A stretch of 60,463 bases of DNA, counting the filler. It is 7 parts of 7 records of this genome, joined end to end, with 100 filler letters (N's around TTAATTAATTAA, not from the genome) between each part and the next. Parts side by side here need not be neighbours in the genome. Positions count along the whole stretch, not along the records: positions 19,553 to 31,755 come from SRR31156797_57784; positions 31,856 to 40,373 come from SRR31156797_57876; 5 more parts are not named here. One strand, given 5' to 3'. A program made the translations under genes and the position numbers. Below the pieces are notes generated by a model. The model saw only the letters and a list, made by a program, of their open reading frames with translations. It was not told the origin of the DNA and ran no database searches. Below, piece after piece: positions 28,203 to 36,214 of this stretch. The stretch's first letter is position 1. Each line of letters opens with the position of its first letter.

Positions 28203-29621
28203 ATGTTTAGTCATCCAACGAAACTGGGCCTCGCCGCGTTGATGGCGACGGCGATATGCGCGAGCGTCCCTGCTTTCGCGCAGACCGAATACCAGAAGCA
28301 GTTCAGCGGAACCGAGCTAAACGTTCTGATTCCGGCGATGCCGCAGTTTGCTTCCATATTCAGATTCCTGCCGGAATTCGAGGAAGAATTCGGCATCAAG
28401 GTCAACGTCGACCAATCGCCGTTCGACAACTATCGCCAGAAGTCCCTGGTTGAAATGCAGCAGGGTACCGGACGTTATGATATCTTCGCGATCGACGTGA
28501 TGTGGCTTGCCGAGTATGCGTCGGCCGGTTTCCTTGAGCCGATCATGAAGTACGTCAAAAATCCCGACCTGACCGAGGAAGGCTACGATATCGACGACTT
28601 CCTGCCGCGCAACATCAGTGGTGCCGGCACCTACAACGAGACGCTCTACTGCATTCCGATCGGCGCCGGTCCGGTAGGCATAACCCTGCGTGACGACGTC
28701 GCAAAAGCCGCGGGAGTATCCCTGCCAAAGCGTTTCTCGCCTGAGTTCACAACCGACTTCATGATGGATGCTGCCGAGAAGGTCCACAATCCCGAAGCCG
28801 GCATGATCGGTTACGCCAATATGCCGGGCCGCTGGTATTGGGGCATCACATTCCTGCCGTTTCTGTATGCGTTCCAGCAGCCGGATACCGTCGGCGACGA
28901 ATATGTCGACAAGGACTGGAAGATCACCATCAACAACGGGCGCACCGTCAATGCGATCGACTACTTCGTCGCGATGAAGAAATTCATGCCGGCCGATAGC
29001 GCCAACTGGGGCATCGACGAAGCCACCCAGCTTTATCAGTCCGGCGGTGCCTTCGGTTTGTGGAACTACGGCGACTTCATCAAAAGCTTCTTCGAGGACG
29101 TTCCCGAAGTCGCGGGCAAGAACGCCCACCTGCATACTCCGATCGGCCCGGATGGCATGATCGACCTGTGGTTCGGTTCATGGAGTCTCGGCATTTCGAC
29201 CGACAGCAAGCAAAAGGAAGCGACATGGACGCTCATCCAGTGGATCACATCCAAGAAAATCCAGGAGCGTGCGGTCGAGTTCGGCGGCGGTCCGCTGCGG
29301 CATTCGACGTATCGTAGCGAGGCGTTGGCCAAATTCCAGCCCTGGTGGGTGCCGATTTATGAGTTCATGATAACGACCACCAACCCTGACGAACGTATCC
29401 GCGTTCCCGAATGGGCCGAGATTTCCGATATCATGGGTGAAGAAGGCGCGCGCGCCTGGATCGGCGAGATCGATTCCAAAACCGCCGCGAAGAACATGGA
29501 ACAGCGCATGACCAAAGCCATGCGCCGTGGCGGCTACTACATGCCGGGTCGCACCGATCTGCCTCCGCAGCACTGGCGTGATATGTCCTACTACGACCAG
29601 TTGCCCTCTTCCTGGAACTGA
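28203..29621 (+). CDS. Sugar ABC transporter substrate-binding protein (family 1)
   Basis: Signal peptide AFA-Q; EFEEEFGIKVNV; YDIFAID..WLAEYA; GSWSLGI. Confidence 0.9.
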   Translation: MFSHPTKLGLAALMATAICASVPAFAQTEYQKQFSGTELNVLIPAMPQFASIFRFLPEFEEEFGIKVNVDQSPFDNYRQKSLVEMQQGTGRYDIFAIDVMWLAEYASAGFLEPIMKYVKNPDLTEEGYDIDDFLPRNISGAGTYNETLYCIPIGAGPVGITLRDDVAKAAGVSLPKRFSPEFTTDFMMDAAEKVHNPEAGMIGYANMPGRWYWGITFLPFLYAFQQPDTVGDEYVDKDWKITINNGRTVNAIDYFVAMKKFMPADSANWGIDEATQLYQSGGAFGLWNYGDFIKSFFEDVPEVAGKNAHLHTPIGPDGMIDLWFGSWSLGISTDSKQKEATWTLIQWITSKKIQERAVEFGGGPLRHSTYRSEALAKFQPWWVPIYEFMITTTNPDERIRVPEWAEISDIMGEEGARAWIGEIDSKTAAKNMEQRMTKAMRRGGYYMPGRTDLPPQHWRDMSYYDQLPSSWN

Positions 29622-29635
29622 CCCGAGAAAAACGG

Positions 29636-29666
29636 ACTCCGGGCGGGTTTTTCGCCCGCCCGGGGT
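29636..29666 (+). other. GC-rich hairpin after the SBP gene (mRNA stabiliser or partial terminator)
   Basis: ccgggcggg-tttttcg-cccgcccgg. Confidence 0.5.
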
Positions 29667-29782
29667 AACCGCCAAGTACCGATCAAATACGGGCTGCGGC
29701 GTCGAATGCCGCAGGACGGCGGAACTCCTGCCACGCGGTCCGATTGTCGGATCCGGAGCGGCCGGAGGGAGGAAAACTGGAA

Positions 29783-30739
29783 ATGACCGCGATTACCGAA
29801 CGCCCCAGAACGGAAAAGAAGACAAATGGACTTGCCGCCAGGTTCGGGCCATCCAATGACAAGGTTTTTCCGTGGGTTCTCATCGCGCCCACCCTGCTCA
29901 TCCTGTTCCTGTTCGGGATTTATCCATTTATTTATGCGCTATACATGGCGGGACAGAATATCATTCTGTCGAAGCCCTATCTGCCACGCTTTTTCGTCGG
30001 CTCCTACCAGTATCAACTGCTGATACAGGATCCCGAATTTTGGCATGCGCTCAGGACCACGCTGATCTTCACGGTCGAGGCGGTTTTCGTCGAGTTCTGG
30101 CTGGGACTGGGGCTGGCACTGTTGTTCAAACGCACCATCTTGGGTGCCAGTTTCTTCCGGATTATCATTCTCATCCCGATGATCCTGCCGCCGCTCGTGG
30201 CAGCACTGATCTGGCGCTACATGTTTTTTCCCGGTGCGGGTCTGATCACCCACTATGCCGGTGAGATCGCCAGGTTCTTCGGCCGGGGCGAAGTCCCCTT
30301 CCTGTCAGATCCGACATGGGCCTTACAAACCCTCGTGTTCGTCGATGTCTGGCAATGGACGCCCTTCATGTTTCTGATGCTCATGGCCGGGCTGGCCTCC
30401 ATTCCCCGACAGCCCTACGAGGCGGCGGAAATTGACGGAGCCTCGGCCTGGCGGGTCTTTTGGACCATTACGATGCCGCTGTTGCGTCCGGCCATTCTGA
30501 TTGCCGTGGTAATCCGGACGATGGATGCCTTCCGCACCTACGAGCTGATCGTGGTGATGACGCGCGGCGGTCCCGGAAACGCCACCACGACGCTCAACGT
30601 CATGCTGACCAAGACGGGGCTCGAGTTTTTCGACGCGTCGAGCGCCTCCGCGATGTCGCTGTTGATGATGCTCGTCATCATCGTGATGAGCTTCGTGTTT
30701 ATCCGCATCTTCCGTTCGCGCACCGAAGTTGCCGCCTAG
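29783..30739 (+). CDS. Sugar ABC permease (MalF-like)
   Basis: DVWQWTPF, EAA loop YEAAEIDGAS, TRGGPG; start at ATG 29783 after GGAGG. Confidence 0.92.
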   Translation: MTAITERPRTEKKTNGLAARFGPSNDKVFPWVLIAPTLLILFLFGIYPFIYALYMAGQNIILSKPYLPRFFVGSYQYQLLIQDPEFWHALRTTLIFTVEAVFVEFWLGLGLALLFKRTILGASFFRIIILIPMILPPLVAALIWRYMFFPGAGLITHYAGEIARFFGRGEVPFLSDPTWALQTLVFVDVWQWTPFMFLMLMAGLASIPRQPYEAAEIDGASAWRVFWTITMPLLRPAILIAVVIRTMDAFRTYELIVVMTRGGPGNATTTLNVMLTKTGLEFFDASSASAMSLLMMLVIIVMSFVFIRIFRSRTEVAA

Positions 30740-30748
30740 GACAGAACA

Positions 30749-31609
30749 ATGACCAAGACCGACAATATCTATCAAATTGAGTCCCCCGCCGCGCCGCCGA
30801 AGACTCGCAACTGGTGGGTCTACGTTGTCATCGTTGCGGTGTGTTTCGTTAATTTCATGCCGTATCTCTACATCGTGCTCACCGGATTCATGAGTAAGGA
30901 AGCGGCCGTTTCGCAGACGCCCACTTGGTTCTTCGCGCCGACGCTGGAGGCTTTCCGGTTCCTGTTCGAAAAGCAGATCATGACCAACTTCTTCAACAGC
31001 TCCGTTGTTGCTTTGACCTCGACCGTGCTTTCGGTGACGATCGGCCTGTTCTGTGCCTATGCGCTGGCGCGCTACGCTTTTCCCGGCAGCAACGACATCG
31101 CTTTCTGGGTACTTACCAACCGCATGATGCCGCCGGTCGCGGTGTTGCTGCCGATCTTCATTACTTTTCAAACCATGAAGCTGCTCGACACGCTGATCGG
31201 CATGATACTGCTCTATACCGCGATGCAGTTGCCCTTCGTTGTGTGGCTCCTGATGGGGTATTTCAGGGATATTCCGAAACGCTATGAGGAATCGGCCTTG
31301 GTGGACGGCGACACGTGGTTTGCCGCTTTCCGTAAGGTTACGCTGCCGCTGATGATGCCCTCTATCACGGCCACGGCGATCTTCGTGATGATCCTGTCCT
31401 GGAACGAGTACGCGTTCGCGACATTCCTGACCAGTATTCAGGCCAAGACCATGCCGCCGGCCATCATGGCCTACTCGATCGGCGCCAACGTGCAGTGGAA
31501 CATACTTGGCGCAGCGGTCATCCTGATAACTGCGCCGCTTGTCCTGTTTGTGCTCATCATGCAACGCCAGCTGATCAGCGGCCTTTCGCAGGGAGTCATT
31601 AGGGAATGA
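30749..31609 (+). CDS. Sugar ABC permease (MalG-like)
   Basis: AYALAR, YEESALVDG, SWNEY. Confidence 0.92.
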   Translation: MTKTDNIYQIESPAAPPKTRNWWVYVVIVAVCFVNFMPYLYIVLTGFMSKEAAVSQTPTWFFAPTLEAFRFLFEKQIMTNFFNSSVVALTSTVLSVTIGLFCAYALARYAFPGSNDIAFWVLTNRMMPPVAVLLPIFITFQTMKLLDTLIGMILLYTAMQLPFVVWLLMGYFRDIPKRYEESALVDGDTWFAAFRKVTLPLMMPSITATAIFVMILSWNEYAFATFLTSIQAKTMPPAIMAYSIGANVQWNILGAAVILITAPLVLFVLIMQRQLISGLSQGVIRE

Positions 31610-31654
31610 GCGGGCTGTCTGCTTGGAAGGTCTCCAGCTTGGGATTGCATTGTT

Positions 31655-31755
31655 ATGGCTGAACTTAACGTAACCGGACTGGTCAAGCGCTATGGCGCAT
31701 TCGTCGCGGTAAACGACGTCGATATGGATATCGAGGATGGCGAGTTCGTCTTCCT
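31655..31755 (+). CDS. Second ABC ATPase, N-terminus only (truncated)
   Basis: Manual translation MAELNVTGLVKRYGAFVAVNDVDMDIEDGEFVF, a typical pre-Walker-A segment. Confidence 0.8.
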
Positions 31756-31855
31756 NNNNNNNNNNNNNNNNNNNNNNNNNNNNNNNNNNNNNNNNNNNNT
31801 TAATTAATTAANNNNNNNNNNNNNNNNNNNNNNNNNNNNNNNNNNNNNNNNNNNN
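31756..31855. other. Artificial contig linker
   Basis: N44-TTAATTAATTAA-N44. Confidence 0.98.
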
Positions 31856-31881
31856 GGCCTTTCCCGAATTCGGGAAAGGCC
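31856..31881. terminator. Hairpin terminator downstream of the ppiD-like gene
   Basis: ggcctttcccg-aatt-cgggaaaggcc perfect inverted repeat. Confidence 0.7.
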
Positions 31882-31904
31882 GCTTTAATTTTTTATGAGG
31901 GAGT

Positions 31905-33803
31905 CTACTGGAGGACTTCTGGTTGGACGATATCAATGTCAGCGCTTTTACTCAATTCATCCATGAAGGATGCGAGCATTTCCTTGCGGTACCCCTGAGT
32001 GGCCTGTTCCATCCAGAATTTCTTCTGTTCCTTCCACGCTTCTTCGGAAGCGGGGACGCGTTCATTCAAACGGACAACCAGAACACTGTTTGGCATGGTG
32101 TAAACCAAAGGCAGCCATGCAGTGTCTTTTGCCGTGAAGGCAGCTTCGGTTAAGGGTTTGCTTTGACCCAGTCCTGCAATATTACCCTGACGGCCAAAAG
32201 GCTCGGAGGTCTTGATGCGTTTTGCATAGGTCTTGGCGGCCTTTGCAGCGTTTGCACCGGTCAATGCCGCGTGAATCTTTTCAGCTTCATTCTGGGCCAT
32301 TTCATCGCTCTTTTGTTTTTTAATGCTAGCGACGACGTTTGTCTTGACCTTGTCCAGCGGCATAAGGGCCGGGGGAATGTCTTCGACCTTTTCAACGAGC
32401 ATGTATCCGCCGTTGACGGCGATGGGTGCCTTATGAGCTTCGCCGACTGCCAAATCCTGAACTGTCTTGGCTGCCTCAGGAGACAGACCAAATATCTGAG
32501 TCAGGAAGAGCGCGGGCATGGGCTCGGTGGTGATCGCTTCAAGTTTGAGTTCCTTGGCAATTTCTTCGATGGTCATACCGGAGATCAGACGATCCATGGC
32601 TTGATCCAACTGCTCGGTTATCTTTTCGGATGCTTTTTCCTGAGCGATCTTTGTGCGCAGTTCGTCTTTGGCATCATCCAGAGTCTGAGTGGAAGCGTCT
32701 TTGCGTTCTTCGACCTTGATGATGTGCCAGCCGAATTGGGTCTTGACCAGACCGGATATGTCACCAGTGACGGTGTCGAAAGCGGCCTTTTCGAATTCAG
32801 GGACCATGGCGCCACGGCCGAACCAACCAAGCTCGCCACCGTTCGGGGCGCTGGGGCCTTCGGAGTATTCCTGAGCAAGAGCTGCGAAATCCTCACCGGC
32901 TTTGGCTTTCTTGAGGACTTCCTCAATCTTGGCCTTGGCTTTTCCCTTGTCAGCGTCAGAGTCGGAGTCCTTGACCATCACGAGGATGTGACGGGCGTGA
33001 ACCTGCTCAGGCTGCTGCATAAGTTTTGTGTTGGCGTCGTAGTATGCCTTGATCTCGTCATCAGTGACGGTCTGGAATTTGGCCAGAGCATCAGGGGTGA
33101 AGGAGATCACACGCAGGCGAACCTGTGCGGGAGCGGTAAAACGCTCCTGATTGGCCATGAAGTAGGCCTTGATTTCATCGTTGGAGACTTTGACAGTGTC
33201 CATGAAGTCTTTGGGAGCGACCTGAATGTAGTCGATACGGACCTGTTCACCAACCCAGTCAAACAGCTGACGAGCCTGCGCAGGTGTAGCCGAGGCGGCA
33301 CTTCCGACACCCTGCTTGACCTTCTCGATGATTATTTCCTGTTTGAAGTCAGCTTCAAACTGAGCCGGAGTCATGCGAATGCTTCGCAGGGCGGCTTGAT
33401 AGATGTTCTTGTCGAACACGCCATTTTTATTTTTGAACATGGACTGGGCAGCAATGCCTTCGATCATTTCCTTGTCGGATGCGCCTATTCCGAGTTTCTC
33501 GGCTTCGCCCAGCAAGAGTTTCTTGCTGATGAGTTCGCCCATGACCATCTGCTTGAACTGTGCGCTCTGCAGTTGTGCGGAGGTGACGTTCGGATTTGAG
33601 CGGCCAATGGCTTCTGCCATGCGCTGGTAAGCGAATTCGTATTCGGCCCGTGTGACGACTTGGTCGTTCACGGTAGCCAGAACCGGGTCACCGGTAGGGG
33701 CAAGGCCGGACATACCAAAGGCAAATACGAAAACGATGATGATGATGGCAAACAGGATCTTGACGATCCAGCCGGAGGCGTTCTCACGCATTATCTCTAA
33801 CAT
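31905..33803 (-). CDS. ppiD: PpiD/SurA-like membrane-anchored periplasmic chaperone with parvulin domain
   Basis: N-terminal TM, SurA_N region, parvulin HARHILV...[23 protein letters not shown]...[10 protein letters not shown]...[10 protein letters not shown]. Confidence 0.88.
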   Translation of the reverse strand: MLEIMRENASGWIVKILFAIIIIVFVFAFGMSGLAPTGDPVLATVNDQVVTRAEYEFAYQRMAEAIGRSNPNVTSAQLQSAQFKQMVMGELISKKLLLGEAEKLGIGASDKEMIEGIAAQSMFKNKNGVFDKNIYQAALRSIRMTPAQFEADFKQEIIIEKVKQGVGSAASATPAQARQLFDWVGEQVRIDYIQVAPKDFMDTVKVSNDEIKAYFMANQERFTAPAQVRLRVISFTPDALAKFQTVTDDEIKAYYDANTKLMQQPEQVHARHILVMVKDSDSDADKGKAKAKIEEVLKKAKAGEDFAALAQEYSEGPSAPNGGELGWFGRGAMVPEFEKAAFDTVTGDISGLVKTQFGWHIIKVEERKDASTQTLDDAKDELRTKIAQEKASEKITEQLDQAMDRLISGMTIEEIAKELKLEAITTEPMPALFLTQIFGLSPEAAKTVQDLAVGEAHKAPIAVNGGYMLVEKVEDIPPALMPLDKVKTNVVASIKKQKSDEMAQNEAEKIHAALTGANAAKAAKTYAKRIKTSEPFGRQGNIAGLGQSKPLTEAAFTAKDTAWLPLVYTMPNSVLVVRLNERVPASEEAWKEQKKFWMEQATQGYRKEMLASFMDELSKSADIDIVQPEVLQ

Positions 33804-33869
33804 TTCAGCTCCAGTAGCTCTGTTTGACAGGACGCCACCCCGAAAAAAAGGGCGGCAATTGCTCGCTTC

Positions 33870-35792
33870 TTATGATTGATCTTCTCGGACAGCATTGAGG
33901 AGACCACCTGACTGGATAATCTCCAGTTCCTTTTTGGTCAAATCATTTGTGACCGTGATGGTTTCACCAGAGTCCACCGAAATGTCGATGGTCCCGCCCG
34001 GAGTCATGTTGCTGGCAGGAATTGTCAACCCACTTCCTTCGGATAAGACGTCGTAGTCTGCCGAATTAACTAGCAGCAACGGCAGAATTCCGAAGTTGAT
34101 GAGGTTGGCGCGGTGAATACGAGCCAGGGATTTGACGATCACGGCTTTGACACCGAGATGACGGGGGCCGAGAGCGGCATGCTCGCGACTGGAACCTTGT
34201 CCGTAGTTTTCACCACCCAGAATAACACCTGTTCCAGCTTCCTTCATGCGGCCAACAAACCCTTGATCGACACGGCTGAAGATATATTGGCTGATGGCAG
34301 GAATGTTGGACCGCAGGGCCGTGATCTCAGCTCCTGCAGGCAGGATATGGTCGGTGGTGATGTTGTCTTCAACCTTGAGAAGCACTTTGGCTTCGATGGT
34401 TTCAGGTAGTTTATCGAAATCTTCAAGGGCAACAATGTTGGGTCCACGAAGAATTTCGACGGATGCCGTATCTTCAGGCGGGAACACAAATAAATTGCGG
34501 ATTGAAGGGACGTCTTCAGGCAGTTCCACGCGCTCGGGAGCCGGTCCCCACGTGGCAGGATCAGTGAATTCACCGTCCAGGGCCAGACGAGCTGCGGACT
34601 GGGCCGAAGCCAGATAGACCTGACCGTCCAGAGTGCCGGAACGACCTTCGAAGTTGCGGTTGAAGGTGCGAACGGAAACACCGGCTGAGGTTGGGGATCC
34701 GCCCATGCCAATGCACGGACCACAGGAACATTCCAGCAGGCGTGCGCCAGCGTCCAACAGTGGTTCAATAAGACCTTCGCGGGCCAGCATTTTCATGACC
34801 TGCTTGGAGCCGGGAGAAATCATCAGGTCGGTTTCAGGTGGCGTCTGCTTGCCGGTCAGAATTTGGGCCGTATTTTTGAGGTCGGAGTATGAAGAGTTGG
34901 TGCAGGAACCAATGGCACACTGGTCGATCTTTTTACCAGCCAGATCTTTGATTTTGCACACTTGATCCGGCATGTGCGGCTGGGCGACCAGCGGCTCAAG
35001 TTCGGACAGGTTTATTTCAATAATATCATCATAGTGCGCATCTTCATCGGCAATCAATTCCATGAAGTCGTCGCTACGGCCCATCTTTTCCAGAAAATCC
35101 CTGGTCCGGTCATCGGACGGGAAAATGGAGGTGGTGGCACCGAGTTCCGCACCCATGTTGGTGATGGTTGCTCGATCCGGCACGGAAAGAGATGCGACAC
35201 CCGGTCCTGCGTATTCGAAAACCTTGCCAACGCCACCTTTGACGGTCAGACGGCGAAGCAATTCAAGGATAACATCTTTGCCAGCAGCCCAGCCAGTGAG
35301 TTCGCCGGTCAGATTGACTTTGACCACTTCGGGCATGGGAATGAAGTAGGCTTCTCCTGCCATGGCGAGTGCGACGGACAGCCCGCCTGCGCCCATAGCC
35401 ATGGAACCAATGCCACCTGCGGTCGGTGTGTGAGAATCGGAACCGATCAGAGTCGCGCCGGGTTTGCCGAAGTTCTCCAGATGCAACTGGTGACAGATGC
35501 CTGTGCCAGCCGGGGAGAAAACAGCGCCGGACTTGGCGGCGACCGTGCGCAGATAGCGATGGTCGTCAGGGTTACGGAAGCCCATCTGCAACGTGTTGTG
35601 GTCCACGTAGCTGACGGACAAGTCCGTTTTGACCGTATTGATGCCAATGGCTTCGAACTGGAGCCATGCCATGGTGCCCGTGGCATCCTGGGTCAGGGTC
35701 TGATCGATGCGCAGTCCTACTTCCTGTCCGGGGATCATTTCGCCGGATACGAGATGTTTTTCAATGATCTTGTGCGTAATGCTCTTGCCCAT
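33870..35792 (-). CDS. Aconitate hydratase (short, about 640 aa type)
   Basis: QDATGT, DHN, GICH, GSDSHT, [4Fe-4S] ligands GSCTN and CGPCIG, TFNRNF.GR, TTDHI, GSSREHA. Start MGKSITHK preferred. Confidence 0.93.
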   Translation of the reverse strand: MGKSITHKIIEKHLVSGEMIPGQEVGLRIDQTLTQDATGTMAWLQFEAIGINTVKTDLSVSYVDHNTLQMGFRNPDDHRYLRTVAAKSGAVFSPAGTGICHQLHLENFGKPGATLIGSDSHTPTAGGIGSMAMGAGGLSVALAMAGEAYFIPMPEVVKVNLTGELTGWAAGKDVILELLRRLTVKGGVGKVFEYAGPGVASLSVPDRATITNMGAELGATTSIFPSDDRTRDFLEKMGRSDDFMELIADEDAHYDDIIEINLSELEPLVAQPHMPDQVCKIKDLAGKKIDQCAIGSCTNSSYSDLKNTAQILTGKQTPPETDLMISPGSKQVMKMLAREGLIEPLLDAGARLLECSCGPCIGMGGSPTSAGVSVRTFNRNFEGRSGTLDGQVYLASAQSAARLALDGEFTDPATWGPAPERVELPEDVPSIRNLFVFPPEDTASVEILRGPNIVALEDFDKLPETIEAKVLLKVEDNITTDHILPAGAEITALRSNIPAISQYIFSRVDQGFVGRMKEAGTGVILGGENYGQGSSREHAALGPRHLGVKAVIVKSLARIHRANLINFGILPLLLVNSADYDVLSEGSGLTIPASNMTPGGTIDISVDSGETITVTNDLTKKELEIIQSGGLLNAVREDQS

Positions 35793-35831
35793 GTCTTCAA
35801 TCCTCAATGTTCAAAAGGGTCTCTCTCAAAG

Positions 35832-35897
35832 CCGTTTGAGTGCACGCCCGAAGGCCGTCCGGGTCTCTCACCTCCCGGATGTGACGCACTCAAGCGG
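35832..35897 (-). ncRNA. Candidate structured cis-element (three-way junction) in the aconitase 5' leader
   Basis: Minus strand: outer stem CCGcTTGAGTGC/GCACTCAAaCGG encloses the hairpins TCCGGG-N10-CCCGGA and GCC-TTCG-GGC. Confidence 0.4.
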
Positions 35898-35908
35898 ATG
35901 CTACCAGT

Positions 35909-36214
35909 CTAGAACAGGAATCCGTTCTTTACGCCGCTGCTGGCATCCATTTCCTCTATGCCGAGATTAATCCTGTTGATCTTGTTGGTGCGGAATTTGA
36001 TTTCCACATCCAACCGCAGTTTGTCCTGCTGCAACTGGAAAATCTCTTTATGATAATAGACGCCATTTTTCGGGTCTTCGTCGTCTCTGAGCTGACGAGT
36101 CTTGAGAATGGCCCTTTCACGTTCAAGGGTCAATTCAGCAACTTCAGCTTCCAAAGTCGGTATGTCATCGCTGAGACGTTTCTCAACGGATTTTGATTCT
36201 TCTGCGTGTGTCAT
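35909..36214 (-). CDS. Small coiled-coil hypothetical protein
   Basis: 101 aa, charged helical hairpin (LEAEVAEL...EIFQLQQDKLRLDVEI); overlaps the upstream gene end and is co-oriented with aconitase. Confidence 0.65.
   Translation of the reverse strand: MTHAEESKSVEKRLSDDIPTLEAEVAELTLERERAILKTRQLRDDEDPKNGVYYHKEIFQLQQDKLRLDVEIKFRTNKINRINLGIEEMDASSGVKNGFLF

Noticed and set aside
35810-35908. yybP-ykoY manganese riboswitch
   Set aside because: Fragments resemble it (GTAGC, CGTCACAT, GAGACC), but the 5' GGGGAGTA strand and closing P1 are absent.
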